64,000 nucleotides of DNA from the NCBI GenBank assembly GCA_017857175.1, contig JAFMDS010000001.1, positions 55,088 to 119,087 on the forward strand, read 5' to 3'. The notes beneath the pieces are model-generated. The model searched no databases. It was not told the origin of the DNA and saw only the letters and a program-made list of their open reading frames with translations. Shown here in pieces: positions 20,983-31,815 of the stretch. Each line of letters begins with the position of its first letter. Position 1 is the stretch's first letter. Made by a program: the position numbers and the translations under genes. Source of the stretch: Candidatus Nanopelagicales bacterium (GTDB lineage Bacteria > Actinomycetota > Actinomycetes > S36-B12).

Positions 20983-21290
20983 GGTTCATGGTGAATGCCT
21001 GAGGGGGTGCAGGGGATCCCAAGCCGAAATCTGTGAGGAATGGGGTGAGGCCGACCTGATCTGTGGATACCCCTAGACTCAGCCTCGCATCATCAGTTTC
21101 ATAGCTCCACAAATACGCGTGGCTTAATCCGGTAGTCCGGCCGGCTCCATACGGTCTGCACTGCTCCTGAAAAGGGGCACGGCAGGAAATGGAACCGAAG
21201 TCACCAGGAGGAACACCAACCGGTGTTACCTAACAACCGTAAGCGGCCACTGGTCGCTGAATTGGGCTGCACGCCCGCAAGGAGTACGTC
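20983..21290 (+). promoter_or_regulatory. long (308 nt) rpsB upstream region with several short hairpins; possible r-protein leader
   Basis: Hairpins seen by eye: ctgcactgctcct-GAAA-aggggcacggcag (imperfect), aacacc-aacc-ggtgtt, gcggcc-act-ggtcgc, gggc-tgcac-gccc. An internal AGGAGG at 21206-21211. Confidence 0.3.
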
Positions 21291-22109
21291 ATGGCAGTCG
21301 TAACAATGCGACAAATGCTGGACAGCGGTGTTCACTTCGGACACCAAACCCGGCGCTGGAATCCCAAGATGAAGCGTTTCATTTTCACCGAACGCAATGG
21401 CATCTACATCATCGATCTACAGCAGTCACTGTCATACATTGACCGCGCCTATGAATTTGTCAAGGAAACCGTGGCACATGGTGGCAGCATCATGTTTGTT
21501 GGTACCAAGAAGCAAGCTCAAGAGGCAATCGCAGAGCAGGCGACGCGAGTTGGAATGCCTTATGTCAACCACCGCTGGTTGGGCGGCATGCTCACGAACT
21601 TCAACACCGTGCACAAGCGCCTACAGCGCCTCAAAGAACTCGAAGTCATCGATTTCGATGACGTGTCGGGCTCTAATCTGACCAAAAAGGAACTGCTTGT
21701 TCTTCGTCGTGAAAAGGAAAAGTTGGAGCGAACCCTTGGTGGTATCCGCGATATGGCAAAAATCCCAAGTCTGGTGTGGGTCGTTGACACCAACAAGGAG
21801 CACATTGCCGTCCAGGAAGCCCACAAGCTCAACATTCCAGTAATCGCTATGTTGGATACCAACTGCGATCCCGATGTCGTTGACTTCCCAATTCCTGGCA
21901 ATGACGACGCAATCCGCGCCGTAGCACTGCTCACCCGCGTTATCGCGGATGCAGTCGCTGAAGGCCTTATTGCTCGCTCGGGTGGATCTGCAGTCGAAGA
22001 GGTCGAGCCTCTCGCAGAATGGGAGCGCGAACTGCTTGCAGGGAGTGAGACTCCCGACGCTGTTGTGACCGAAACGATCGTCGCTGAAACGCCCGCAACT
22101 GAGGCTTAG
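21291..22109 (+). CDS. rpsB: 30S ribosomal protein S2
   Basis: [27 protein letters not shown]..., 272 aa with an acidic C-terminal tail. Confidence 0.97.
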   Translation: MAVVTMRQMLDSGVHFGHQTRRWNPKMKRFIFTERNGIYIIDLQQSLSYIDRAYEFVKETVAHGGSIMFVGTKKQAQEAIAEQATRVGMPYVNHRWLGGMLTNFNTVHKRLQRLKELEVIDFDDVSGSNLTKKELLVLRREKEKLERTLGGIRDMAKIPSLVWVVDTNKEHIAVQEAHKLNIPVIAMLDTNCDPDVVDFPIPGNDDAIRAVALLTRVIADAVAEGLIARSGGSAVEEVEPLAEWERELLAGSETPDAVVTETIVAETPATEA

Positions 22110-22213
22110 TCCACTTGATGAGAGTCCCGACCGCGCGCACTCGGCTTGTCGCATGCCTGTCGGTCGGGGCTTTCACTCGGCTGAATTAATTACGAAAAGG
22201 AAGTAGATTCATA

Positions 22214-23029
22214 ATGTCCACGATTAGTGCCGCTGATGTCAAACGACTGCGGGAAGCAACATCTGCCGGAATGATGGAGTGTAAGAAGGCACTCGAAGAA
22301 GCCGGTGGCGATTTTGACAAGGCTGTTGAGGCACTGCGTATTTCCGGTGCAGCCAAGGCCGCAAAGCGCGGTGCGGAGCGCACGACTTCAAATGGAATTG
22401 TGTCCAATGAAGGCAATGCATTGGTAGAGCTCCTATGTGAAACCGACTTTGTGGCTAAGAGCGAAGATTTTCAGGCTCTTGCGAATTCGATTGCACAGGC
22501 CGCTCATTCAAGCCAGGTAGCGTCTGCTGAAGCTCTTTCAGCAGTTGAACTCAGTTCGGGAACTACTGTCGCCAATGCAATCGCGGAACTAGCTGGAGTT
22601 ATAGGTGAGAAGGTCGAACTTGGTCGCGTGGCAGTCCTTGAGCAGCCGGTTGCTTTGTATATGCACAAGCGCGCGTCAGACCTGCCTCCCCAGGTGGGTG
22701 TCATCGTTGCCTACTCCGGTGATGAAGAAGCAGCACGTGGCATTGCAATGCAAATTGCCGCCATGCGACCTCAATTCCTCACTCGTGAAGAAGTTCCCGC
22801 AGAAACGGTTGAGAGCGAGAAGCGAATCGCGGAAGAGACCGCAAAGGAAGAAGGCAAGCCCGAACAGGCAATGCCCAAAATCATCGAGGGACGTGTCAAC
22901 TCTTATTACAAGGATGTTGTCCTTCTCGAGCAACCCAGCGTGATCGATAACAAGAAGACGGTTGCCCAAATCCTTGCGGACTCAAACACGACCGTGACCG
23001 CTTTCGCCCGGTTCGAGCCAGGACAGTAG
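22214..23029 (+). CDS. tsf: elongation factor Ts
   Basis: [34 protein letters not shown] (UBA-like N-terminus), 271 aa, directly after rpsB. Confidence 0.97.
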   Translation: MSTISAADVKRLREATSAGMMECKKALEEAGGDFDKAVEALRISGAAKAAKRGAERTTSNGIVSNEGNALVELLCETDFVAKSEDFQALANSIAQAAHSSQVASAEALSAVELSSGTTVANAIAELAGVIGEKVELGRVAVLEQPVALYMHKRASDLPPQVGVIVAYSGDEEAARGIAMQIAAMRPQFLTREEVPAETVESEKRIAEETAKEEGKPEQAMPKIIEGRVNSYYKDVVLLEQPSVIDNKKTVAQILADSNTTVTAFARFEPGQ

Positions 23030-23061
23030 ATAGCACGCTAGAAACCACACCGGAAAGGGGC

Positions 23062-23853
23062 ATGATCATCGCCGTGGATGAATCTCAAGGTTCAGTTCAA
23101 CCAACTCTTTACGGAACAATTGACTTGTGGCCCGGTGTGCCAGAAGGTGGCTGGAAGCGTGTGCTGCTCAAACTAAGTGGTGAAGCATTTGCGGGTGAAG
23201 GAACTCTCGGTGTCGATCCTGACGTCGTTAGTTCCATCGCCCTGCAAATCAAAGGTGTGGTGGATTCGGGTACCGAAGTTGCCGTGGTCATTGGCGGCGG
23301 CAATTATTTTCGTGGTGCTGAACTTTCCGAGCGTGGAATGGAACGTGCCCGTGCCGACTACATGGGGATGCTTGGCACGGTTATGAACTGCCTCGCGCTC
23401 CAAGACTTCTGTGAGAAAGCGGGCATTGACACGCGAGTTCAGACCGCAATTGCCATGGGACAGGTGGCTGAACCTTATGTCCCGCGGCGGGCAATGCGCC
23501 ACCTCGAAAAGGGAAGAGTAGTCATTTTCGGTGCAGGCCTCGGGCAGCCTTATTTTTCCACCGACACGACCGCGGCCCAGCGTGCACTCGAAATCGGTGC
23601 CGAAGTTGTCCTCATGGCCAAGGGTGTGGATGGCGTCTATGACGATGACCCTCGCCAGAACCCTGAGGCAACCAAATATGACCGTCTAACTCCCTCTGAA
23701 GTTTTGGCTCAAGGTCTCAAAGTTGCCGACGCCACAGCTATTAGTTTGTGTCAGGACAATGATCTACCCATTGTGGTCTTCAACCTCTTGGTCAAGGGAA
23801 ATATCGCGCGTGCCGTGCGTGGCGAGAGTATTGGAACACTCGTTCGCTCCTAA
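23062..23853 (+). CDS. pyrH: UMP kinase
   Basis: [31 protein letters not shown]. The start may be further downstream. Confidence 0.95.
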   Translation: MIIAVDESQGSVQPTLYGTIDLWPGVPEGGWKRVLLKLSGEAFAGEGTLGVDPDVVSSIALQIKGVVDSGTEVAVVIGGGNYFRGAELSERGMERARADYMGMLGTVMNCLALQDFCEKAGIDTRVQTAIAMGQVAEPYVPRRAMRHLEKGRVVIFGAGLGQPYFSTDTTAAQRALEIGAEVVLMAKGVDGVYDDDPRQNPEATKYDRLTPSEVLAQGLKVADATAISLCQDNDLPIVVFNLLVKGNIARAVRGESIGTLVRS

Positions 23854-23901
23854 GGTGGAGTGCGCGATGCTAATAGGGAATGACAAAGGATAGGACCCAA
23901 T

Positions 23902-24468
23902 ATGTCTGAAGAAATCGATGTAATCCTCATAGAAGCCGGCGAGAAAATGGAGAAGGCCATCGCCGTAGCTCGTGAAGATTTCTCCACAATTCGCACGGGG
24001 CGTGCAACGCCATCGATGTTCAACAAGATTTCCGTTGACTACTACGGAACCGCAACGCCTGTGAATCAATTGGCTTCATTCCAAACCCCTGAAGCGCGAA
24101 TGATCCTCATTACGCCCTACGACAAGGGTGCGGCTGCAGGAATTGAAAAGGCTCTGCGCGACAGTGACTTGGGCATCAACCCAACGACCGATGGAAATGT
24201 GATCAGAGTCGTTCTACCGCAACTGACCGAAGAGCGTCGCAAGGAGTACATCAAGTTGGCCAGGACAAAGGGCGAAGAGGCAAAGGTTTCTGTGCGCAAT
24301 ATCCGTCGTCATGCCAAAGAAACTCTTGACAAGATGCAAAAAGACGGCGAAGCGGGCGAGGACGACATTCGCCGTGCAGAAAAGTCACTTGATGAGATTA
24401 CACACAAGAATACTGAGCACATCGATGAAATCCTGAAGACCAAAGAAGCAGAGTTGCTCGAGGTCTAA
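23902..24468 (+). CDS. frr: ribosome recycling factor
   Basis: 188 aa. [31 protein letters not shown]. Confidence 0.97.
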   Translation: MSEEIDVILIEAGEKMEKAIAVAREDFSTIRTGRATPSMFNKISVDYYGTATPVNQLASFQTPEARMILITPYDKGAAAGIEKALRDSDLGINPTTDGNVIRVVLPQLTEERRKEYIKLARTKGEEAKVSVRNIRRHAKETLDKMQKDGEAGEDDIRRAEKSLDEITHKNTEHIDEILKTKEAELLEV

Positions 24469-24471
24469 TTC

Positions 24472-25326
24472 ATGTCACCCGGTGCGAATGCGGCAAAAGC
24501 GGGGAGAAATCTGCCCGCTGCCGTGGCATCGGGCGTTGCCCTTGCGGCGATAGTTATTTTCTCTTTGGCAACATGGAAATGGATCTTTGGAATTGTTGCA
24601 ATCATTGCACTGGTAATCGCAGTGCATGAATTTGTCATGGTTTTAAAGACGCGGAATATATACGTTGCGCGAACGCCCGTTTACCTGGCTGCGGTGGTGA
24701 TCCCCGCTGTTGCTTATTTGTGGGGTTTTGAAGCACAGTTGGTAGCAACGGGCTTTTTCGTTCTTGTCGTCATGATGTGGCGAATAAGGCGAGGCACAGA
24801 AGGTTTTTTCGCTGATATCAGCGCCTCTGTTCTCTTAATCGCCTATTTACCATTCATGGCTGCGTTCCTCATGCTGACGCTGGCAGCCGAAAACGGATCC
24901 TGGCGAGTGGTCGTCTTCATCCTATTGACCGTGGCGAACGATATCGGCGGATATGCGTTCGGTGTTTTCTTTGGCAAACACCCAATGGCACCGCATATCA
25001 GTCCCAAGAAGTCATGGGAAGGTTTTGCTGGTTCGATAATCTTGCAGTCGATCGTTGGCATCTTGGCATTTATTTTTATTTTCGATGCACCATGGTGGCA
25101 GGGACTGGTGGCAGGGCTCATCCTGACGGTTACCGCTACGGGCGGTGACTTCGTGGAAAGCGCAATCAAGCGCGATCTCGGAGTTAAGGACATGGGGTCA
25201 ATTGTTCCGGGGCACGGAGGCATGATGGATCGGTTGGATTCACTCGTGCCGAATGCTTTTGCGTCATGGGCCGTATTCACGGTGTTCCTCGGTTCAGGCA
25301 TTGCCGTTTCAGCGATGGGGATGTAA
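24472..25326 (+). CDS. cdsA: phosphatidate cytidylyltransferase
   Basis: Multi-TM protein. Signature [28 protein letters not shown]. Confidence 0.95.
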   Translation: MSPGANAAKAGRNLPAAVASGVALAAIVIFSLATWKWIFGIVAIIALVIAVHEFVMVLKTRNIYVARTPVYLAAVVIPAVAYLWGFEAQLVATGFFVLVVMMWRIRRGTEGFFADISASVLLIAYLPFMAAFLMLTLAAENGSWRVVVFILLTVANDIGGYAFGVFFGKHPMAPHISPKKSWEGFAGSIILQSIVGILAFIFIFDAPWWQGLVAGLILTVTATGGDFVESAIKRDLGVKDMGSIVPGHGGMMDRLDSLVPNAFASWAVFTVFLGSGIAVSAMGM

Positions 25327-26426
25327 TGCCGCAGCCAGGTGAGTTGGTTTTTGAGTCGCCTAAACGGGGCAAGCCACCAATACATTTTCTCGACTTGACT
25401 GCGGCCGAGCGAAAGAAAGCGGTCAGCGAATTGGGTCTTCCGGGATTCAGGGCGGACCAAGTGTCAAAACATGTATTCGAGCATTTAGACAAAAGGCCTG
25501 AGGATTGGTCCGACGTTCCATTGGACGCTCGAACCGCAATCACTCAGGCGCTTATGCCGGAACTACTCGAACCAGTTCGAACGATTGAATGTGACGATGG
25601 GGAGACCGTCAAAACATTGTGGCGGCTACACGACTCTTCGCTGGTAGAGAGCGTGCTGATGCGCTACCCCAATCGGGTGACAATGTGCATCTCCTCCCAG
25701 GCTGGGTGCGGAATGAACTGTCCATTCTGTGCTACCGGTCAGGCCGGCTTGACTCGAAATTTGTCGACAGCGGAGATCTTTGGGCAAGTATTGGCTGGGG
25801 CACAAGCTCTAGCGCGCGACGAAATCGCTGGTGGTCCTGGGCGGGTGTCGAATGTTGTGTTCATGGGCATGGGAGAGCCTTTGGCAAATTACAACGCGGT
25901 AATGGGTGCCATCCATCGCATTATTGACCCGTCCCCTGAAGGACTCGGCATTAGTGCAAGGGGAGTGACGGTTTCCACTGTCGGGTTGGTGCCTCGTATC
26001 AAGCAGCTTGCAACTGAGGGGCTGCCCGTAACCCTCGCGCTGTCGTTGCATGCCCCCGATAACGAATTGCGCGACACACTAGTCCCCATCAATACCCGAT
26101 GGTCTGTTGAGGAAGTCCTTGATGCACTCTGGGAATACGCGGATGTGAGCAAGCGGCGGGTAAGTATCGAGTATGCACTAATCAAAGACATCAACGACCA
26201 GCCGGAGCGTGCAAGATTGCTTGCGCAGCGGTGCCAAGGCCAACTCGTTCATGTCAACTTGATTCCACTGAATCCAACGCCTGGTTCAAAGTGGACGGCT
26301 TCACGCAAGGAAGATGAGCGCGCTTTTGTCAGAATACTTGAGAATGCAGGTGTGGCTGTAACAGTTCGCGACACGCGGGGTCGGGAGATTGACGGAGCAT
26401 GTGGGCAACTTGCAGCCTTGGAGTAG
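25326..26426 (+). CDS. rlmN: 23S rRNA/tRNA A2503/A37 C2-methyltransferase (radical SAM)
   Basis: Radical-SAM cluster [21 protein letters not shown]-terminal catalytic Cys (DGACGQL). TAATG overlap with cdsA (ATG 25326). Confidence 0.93.
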   Translation: MPQPGELVFESPKRGKPPIHFLDLTAAERKKAVSELGLPGFRADQVSKHVFEHLDKRPEDWSDVPLDARTAITQALMPELLEPVRTIECDDGETVKTLWRLHDSSLVESVLMRYPNRVTMCISSQAGCGMNCPFCATGQAGLTRNLSTAEIFGQVLAGAQALARDEIAGGPGRVSNVVFMGMGEPLANYNAVMGAIHRIIDPSPEGLGISARGVTVSTVGLVPRIKQLATEGLPVTLALSLHAPDNELRDTLVPINTRWSVEEVLDALWEYADVSKRRVSIEYALIKDINDQPERARLLAQRCQGQLVHVNLIPLNPTPGSKWTASRKEDERAFVRILENAGVAVTVRDTRGREIDGACGQLAALE

Positions 26427-26453
26427 TCATACATTCGTCGATCGATTCACAAA

Positions 26454-27017
26454 TTGGGGAGCGCGAAAATGAATGAAGGCATGGCAAGTGGGAGAGCAGT
26501 GTTGAGTTTGTGGAAATTAATTCTTTATATCGTTATACGCACCGTTTTACTATTATTGATCGTCACATTTTTGCTGAGTCAATTCCCCGAGAAAATGGAA
26601 GCGCGCAGTTATGGAATCGCGGTGGTGGTTGCCGGGCTCTGTGTTATCTATCTGGTGTTTTTCCTTTTTCAAATTCGTCAGATTAAGAATTCAAAGTACC
26701 CCTCGCTGAGAGCGGCCGAGGCGATCTTTTCATCGGCGATACTTTTCCTTGCCGCATTCTCAGCGATTTACGTTCTTATAGATGGAACTGAACCTGGATC
26801 TTTCACACAAGATTTGTCACCATTTGATGCCTATTATTTTGCGATGACCGTGCTGTCTACCGTGGGTTTCGGTGACATTTCTCCAGTGTCAACGGCAGCG
26901 AGAACTGCAAGCATGATCCAAATGGCGTTAGACCTCGTTTTTATTGGCGTAGTCGTGCGTATTTTCGCTGCGACAGCAAAGAAAGGTGGCTCCAAGAAAG
27001 CTGTCGCTGATGAGTAG
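26454..27017 (+). CDS. small potassium channel family protein
   Basis: 187 aa, four hydrophobic helices, canonical selectivity filter TVGFGD (LSTVGFGDISP). No cytosolic RCK domain. Confidence 0.8.
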   Translation: MGSAKMNEGMASGRAVLSLWKLILYIVIRTVLLLLIVTFLLSQFPEKMEARSYGIAVVVAGLCVIYLVFFLFQIRQIKNSKYPSLRAAEAIFSSAILFLAAFSAIYVLIDGTEPGSFTQDLSPFDAYYFAMTVLSTVGFGDISPVSTAARTASMIQMALDLVFIGVVVRIFAATAKKGGSKKAVADE

Positions 27018-27018
27018 C

Positions 27019-27069
27019 GCGAGACTGAACACTCACGTCCACGGGGGTGAGGACAATGTTCAGCCTCGC
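27019..27069. terminator. long composite hairpin in the convergent spacer (K+ channel vs CoA-transferase)
   Basis: gcgagactgaaca (27019-27031) pairs with tgttcagcctcgc (27057-27069) at 12/13 bp. Inner stem ctcac/gtgag. No clear U-tract. Confidence 0.5.
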
Positions 27070-27088
27070 TGGAAAAATTGTACGAAAT

Positions 27089-28216
27089 CTATGTGTCCGG
27101 GTAATCCAGATTCAATAATTCAATGATCTCTTTAGAATCTGCACCGAGTATGGGTGCGGGTGCGTTATAACCAACTGGAGTTCTGCTGAGATTAATTGGG
27201 CTGGCTACCTGACCGTGCGTTATGGGGTTGAGCCCCAAAGATTGGGCTAAAGCGAATGATTGCTCAATATTGTTTATTGGTCCTGCCGGTACGCCTGCGG
27301 CAACGAACTTGGCATGCCAGTCGTCGGCGTTGAGTTCGAAGAGTTTAGATTCAATAATTTCTTTGAGTTCCACTCGGTGCGCAACTCGATTGCTGTTGGT
27401 TGAGAATCGAACTTCTTGTGCTAGTGCGGGCAGGTCAAGTGCCTTCATTAACTGCTGAAACTGTTGGTCATTGCCCACGGCGATGATCAGTGCTCGATCG
27501 CGAGCTTGAAAGAGTTCATAGGGTGCAATGCTGGGATGGGCATTGCCCATCATGCTTGGAACCGCGCCACCCAACGCAAAGCCTGCACTCTGATTCACCA
27601 TTGAGGCCAGGAGTACAGAAAGAAGGTTTACTTCGATTAGTTGCCCGAGTCCGGACTTGTCCCTCTCGTGCAGCGCCGCGAGTATTGCAACGCATGCATG
27701 AAGGCCGGTCAAGACATCGACCAGAGCCACTCCAACCTTGGTCGGAGAGTCCTCTCCCGTAATACTCATTAGTCCACCCATAGCTTGCACCAAAAGGTCA
27801 TATCCGGGCAAGTCCCGACCTGCACCCGCGCCAAAACCGCTGATGCTGCAATAGATGAGACGGTCATTGCTGGCGCTGAGGGTGGGGTAGTCGAGCCCAT
27901 ATTGTTCCAAGCCACCGACTTTGAAGTTCTCAACCATCACATCAGCCTGAGCGATCAGTTTTTCGGCGCGTACCCGATCGTGCTGTTGATTAAGGTCCAG
28001 TGTGAGTGACTTCTTATTCCGGTTGATACTTTCGAAGTAGGTCGATGTGCCGTCAGCAGTGAAGGGCGGACCCCAAGCGCGCGTGTCGTCGCCGAGCACC
28101 GGTCGTTCTACCTTGATCACGGTCGCACCAAGGTCGGCGAGAAGCATTGTTGCATAGGGTCCTGCGAGTACGCGGGAGAAATCTGCAACCAAGATCCCGT
28201 CAAGTGCGCCCGTCAA
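27089..28216 (-). CDS. family III (CaiB/BaiF) CoA-transferase, glutarate/succinyl-CoA transferase-like
   Basis: 375 aa. N-terminus GILVADFSRVLAGPYATMLLADLGATVIKVERP..GDDTRAWGPP, typical of family III CoA-transferases. Sits immediately downstream of the acyl-CoA dehydrogenase gene. Confidence 0.85.
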   Translation of the reverse strand: MTGALDGILVADFSRVLAGPYATMLLADLGATVIKVERPVLGDDTRAWGPPFTADGTSTYFESINRNKKSLTLDLNQQHDRVRAEKLIAQADVMVENFKVGGLEQYGLDYPTLSASNDRLIYCSISGFGAGAGRDLPGYDLLVQAMGGLMSITGEDSPTKVGVALVDVLTGLHACVAILAALHERDKSGLGQLIEVNLLSVLLASMVNQSAGFALGGAVPSMMGNAHPSIAPYELFQARDRALIIAVGNDQQFQQLMKALDLPALAQEVRFSTNSNRVAHRVELKEIIESKLFELNADDWHAKFVAAGVPAGPINNIEQSFALAQSLGLNPITHGQVASPINLSRTPVGYNAPAPILGADSKEIIELLNLDYPDT

Positions 28217-28225
28217 TTGAGGGTC

Positions 28226-29407
28226 CTAACGAAAGGCGGGAAGCCCGGTTAATGCCTGCCCGATAACAAGGGTATGCATTTCGTTGGTGCCTTCGTAGGT
28301 AAAAACCGACTCCAAATTATTCATGTGGCGGATGATGGGGTATTCGAGTGTTATCCCATTGCCACCCAGAATGCTGCGACATTCGCGTGCGATGTGAAGG
28401 GCTTCACGAGCATTATTGAGTTTGCCCAGTGAAATCTGCTCGGGAGTCACGCCGATTGAGTCCTTGAGTCGTCCAATGTGTAGGGCTAAGAGCATGCCTT
28501 TGCCCAGTTCAAGGGTCATATCAGCCAACTTCATTTGGGTGAGTTGATAGCCCGCAATTGGTCGATCGAATTGCACCCTATTAATTGAGTAGTCAATTGC
28601 AGTCTGGAGGCAGTCGCGAGCAGCTCCAAGTGTGCCAAATGCAATTCCAAATCGCGCTTCATTCAAGCAAGAGAGCGGGCCCTTCAGTCCTCGGACACCG
28701 GGCAACATGGAGTGCGCAGGCAATCGTAGGTTTTCAAAAACCAGTTCACTTGTAATAGATGCTCGCAGTGACATTTTTTTGTGAATTACGCTCGCGGTAA
28801 AACCGGGGGTGGCGGTTGGAACAATAAAACCGCGAATTCCATCGTCTGTTTGAGCCCAGACAACAGCTACATCAGCCACGCTTCCGTTGGTGATCCACAT
28901 TTTTGAACCGTTGAGAATCCAATCCGAATTCGCGTCGCTTCCATCACGTTTTGCATTGGTTCGCATGCCCTGGGGGTTTGATCCAAAGTCGGCTTCAGTG
29001 AGTCCAAAACAACCAACGATGTCACCTGCGGCCATGCCCGGAAGCCACTCGTTTTTCTGCTCCTCCGAACCAAATTCGTGAATCGCATACATTGCGAGTG
29101 AGCCTTGGACGCTCACGAGGGAGCGAATACCTGAATCACCCGCTTCAAGTTCCATTGCGGCCAGACCATAGGCAACGGCAGATGTGCCGGCGCAGCCGTA
29201 GCCCTCAAGGTGCATGCCCAAAAGACCCAATGAGCCGAAATCTTTGGCGAGCGAACGAGCGGGTATGTCACCTTTCTCGAACCAGTCCGCTATCTGGGGA
29301 GAGATACTTGCTTCCACATACTCGCGAACAACTGATGAGATGGCTCGTTCCTCCTCAGACAGGAGGCTGTCAATGCCGAAAAGGGCGAGTGGAGAGGTTA
29401 CGGACAC
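28226..29407 (-). CDS. gcdH: acyl-CoA dehydrogenase, glutaryl-CoA dehydrogenase-like
   Basis: 393 aa. GLTEADFGSNP, WITNGS, C-terminus YEGTNEMHTLVIGQALTG. Paired with a family III CoA-transferase, as in gcdG/gcdH loci. The specific substrate is inferred. Confidence 0.8.
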   Translation of the reverse strand: MSVTSPLALFGIDSLLSEEERAISSVVREYVEASISPQIADWFEKGDIPARSLAKDFGSLGLLGMHLEGYGCAGTSAVAYGLAAMELEAGDSGIRSLVSVQGSLAMYAIHEFGSEEQKNEWLPGMAAGDIVGCFGLTEADFGSNPQGMRTNAKRDGSDANSDWILNGSKMWITNGSVADVAVVWAQTDDGIRGFIVPTATPGFTASVIHKKMSLRASITSELVFENLRLPAHSMLPGVRGLKGPLSCLNEARFGIAFGTLGAARDCLQTAIDYSINRVQFDRPIAGYQLTQMKLADMTLELGKGMLLALHIGRLKDSIGVTPEQISLGKLNNAREALHIARECRSILGGNGITLEYPIIRHMNNLESVFTYEGTNEMHTLVIGQALTGLPAFR

Positions 29408-29488
29408 GGGGGAAGGTTAGCAAGTTTACATCTGGAATCCAAAGATTGGATCCAATTTGAATTATGAGGACGGACTATTGTTCCTTCG

Positions 29489-30406
29489 GTGAGTGAGCGC
29501 AACGCCCTGCGTCTTGGTCAGTGGACCATGTTGATCCTGGCGGTATTGGGATTGATCGCCTACTTTTTGTCCTCGGCCGCTGCACTTTCAATCGATGCCG
29601 CATATTCAATGCTCAATTTTGTTAGTGCGATAGTCGCACGCAAGGTACTGGTTTCCGCTCGAGCTCGCCCTGATCATGATCACCCTTATGGCAACGGTTC
29701 GGTGGAAAATTTTTACGTCATGGCACGCAGTCTGATCATCGTTGGCATGATCGGCTTGGCATTCATAGGAGCGGTTGTTTCGCTCCTGAACTACTTCCTT
29801 TACGGCGAGAGTGAAGATATTCATTTGGGAATTGCCGGTGGTTATGGTGTCCTTGCAGGCCTTATCTTTTTTGGGCTTTCCATGAACTATGCCAGGGCCG
29901 AACGTGTTACGAACTCCGGTGTACTCCACGCCGAGCGCAAGGCAACGAAACTCGACGCAATCATGAGTGCGGCGACTGGAGTGACATTCATAGCAGTTGC
30001 CATGATTCCATCAGGAACCTTTCTCACGAGCGCCGAATTCGACATTCGACAAATCGCGGATTCGCTACTAGTCATCGTGCTGGTGGTGCTCCTGGTCCCT
30101 GAACCATGGCACACGATTCGGGCAGAGTTTGGACGCATAACGGGATCACGCATGGATATAGAACTGGAGGATCAAATTCGTCAGTTGCTCGTAACGATTC
30201 CTGCTTTAGAGGTCACCGATGTCTATGCCGTCAAGCGAGGTTCTCTCATTGAAGCTGATGTTCGAGTGTCATTTCACAGTGCAGTGGACATAGAAAGACT
30301 CGATCATTGGCGCATGGAAATTTTCACGATCCTCAATGGGAAACTAGGCAGAACGCGCGTTCATGTTGTTTTTACCAAGATTTCTATTGATGCTTCTAAC
30401 GAGTAG
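29489..30406 (+). CDS. cation-diffusion-facilitator-like transporter (divergent)
   Basis: 305 aa. About 6 TM helices plus a C-terminal alpha/beta cytoplasmic domain (VTDVYAVKRGSLIEADVRVSF). CDF-like TM2/TM5 segments, but with degenerate metal ligands. Confidence 0.55.
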   Translation: MSERNALRLGQWTMLILAVLGLIAYFLSSAAALSIDAAYSMLNFVSAIVARKVLVSARARPDHDHPYGNGSVENFYVMARSLIIVGMIGLAFIGAVVSLLNYFLYGESEDIHLGIAGGYGVLAGLIFFGLSMNYARAERVTNSGVLHAERKATKLDAIMSAATGVTFIAVAMIPSGTFLTSAEFDIRQIADSLLVIVLVVLLVPEPWHTIRAEFGRITGSRMDIELEDQIRQLLVTIPALEVTDVYAVKRGSLIEADVRVSFHSAVDIERLDHWRMEIFTILNGKLGRTRVHVVFTKISIDASNE

Positions 30407-30429
30407 TTCACCGCCAAACTTTCGCGGAA

Positions 30430-31815
30430 TTAGTGTCCGAGGAGTTTGCCCACTAGTTGAACTGTTTTTGATTCTTTGCCGGTCCGATCTTCGTAGGAGT
30501 CGGCTCGCTGCATAACCTGAAGCCCAGCATTGGCTCCAAGCCAGCGGAAGGGTTCTGGCTCCCATTTGCGTGAGCGGTGATTTACCCACGGAAGTCCAGT
30601 GATCTCTGAGGGTGCTCCCGTAATCAGGTGGGCCAGTGTCTTACCCCCGAGGTGGCTCGTTCCAAGCCCGTCGCCCACATACCCACCAGACCAGGCCTGT
30701 CCTGTCGCTGGGTCGAACCCGCAGGAGGCCCACCAGTCACGTGCGATTCCCAAAGGGCCACCCCACGTGTGCGTGACACGGGTTTTGTGCAAGGCAGGGA
30801 ACATGTCGGTTAAAACACCCCACAATCCCTGATGAACGCTTGCGTTGTGGTCATTACGTGCTTCGATTCGGGATCCAAAATGATAGGGCGCCCCGCGCCC
30901 GCCAAAGGCAATCCTGTTATCTGCCGTGATTTGACCATAAATGATGAGATTGCGAAAATCTGAGAACGTTTCCCGGCTAGCGAGTCCAATAGAGGAGCGA
31001 ATCTCAGGGGTAAGAGGTTCCGTTGCCAGCATCATGGAATAGACGGGGGCAAGATTTCTTTCCAAGCCCGTCAGAGAGGCGGTGTAACCCTCCGTAGCGC
31101 GGATCGTGATCGGGGCGTTAACCGAGAATTGATGACCAATGATTCGGCCAGATTCGATGGCAGTAACAGGAGAGTTTTGATAGATCTTCACGCCACGAGA
31201 TTGGAGGTGGCCGGTGAGAGCGCACACTAATTTATATGGATTTATCGCGGCACAATGTGGAGTGAATGTGCCACCAAGGACATCGGTTGCGTTGATCCGA
31301 TCGAGTGTCTCGCTCCTATTGAGATAGACAAGATCAGAGTCGAAGCCCCATTTTGTCAGTTCCGCGACTTCAGTGTGAGCCCTTCGATTTTGAACCGGAG
31401 TTCTAGCGGCAACAACAGTTCCTCCATGTGCCCAATCGACGTTCCAGCCATGTTCCTCGATAGCAAGACCGATGTCTGAGACGTTCTCCCTCATGGCCGT
31501 GTGCATGTGGCGCGCTTGATCTTTTGAACTTGCTCGTGCCAGAGCGCTGAGATGGGCGGGGAAAAGGGCAGACACCCAGCCACCATTTCGCCCACTTGCG
31601 CCATAACCTGGGTAATGAGCATCCACGATCACGATACGCACACTTGGATCAAGCTTTGTCAGGTAGTAGGCGCTCCACAAACCCGTAAAGCCAGCGCCAA
31701 CTATCGCGACATCGGCGTCAACATGGGAACGGAGTGGTTCGCCAACAGGTTCCAGAACATCAGAAGAGTCAGCCTGGACCCACAAAGATGTGTTCACGGC
31801 TAGTTTCGGCCCCAC
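30430..31815 (-). CDS. FAD-dependent oxidoreductase (DAO/PuuB-like amine oxidase family)
   Basis: 461 aa. Dinucleotide fold DVAIVGAGFTGLW, GASGRNGGW. Paralog of 52312-53730. 16-nt overlap with the upstream gene. Confidence 0.8.
   Translation of the reverse strand: MGPKLAVNTSLWVQADSSDVLEPVGEPLRSHVDADVAIVGAGFTGLWSAYYLTKLDPSVRIVIVDAHYPGYGASGRNGGWVSALFPAHLSALARASSKDQARHMHTAMRENVSDIGLAIEEHGWNVDWAHGGTVVAARTPVQNRRAHTEVAELTKWGFDSDLVYLNRSETLDRINATDVLGGTFTPHCAAINPYKLVCALTGHLQSRGVKIYQNSPVTAIESGRIIGHQFSVNAPITIRATEGYTASLTGLERNLAPVYSMMLATEPLTPEIRSSIGLASRETFSDFRNLIIYGQITADNRIAFGGRGAPYHFGSRIEARNDHNASVHQGLWGVLTDMFPALHKTRVTHTWGGPLGIARDWWASCGFDPATGQAWSGGYVGDGLGTSHLGGKTLAHLITGAPSEITGLPWVNHRSRKWEPEPFRWLGANAGLQVMQRADSYEDRTGKESKTVQLVGKLLGH

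Noticed and set aside
22126-22168. cccgaccg ... cggtcggg inverted repeat between rpsB and tsf, considered as a terminator
   Set aside because: It has only an 8-bp stem with a loop of about 27 nt and no U-tract. rpsB and tsf are normally co-transcribed, so the evidence is too weak to call.
24843-25460. 205-aa minus-strand ORF over the cdsA/rlmN junction
   Set aside because: It is antisense to two strongly supported genes and has no motifs.
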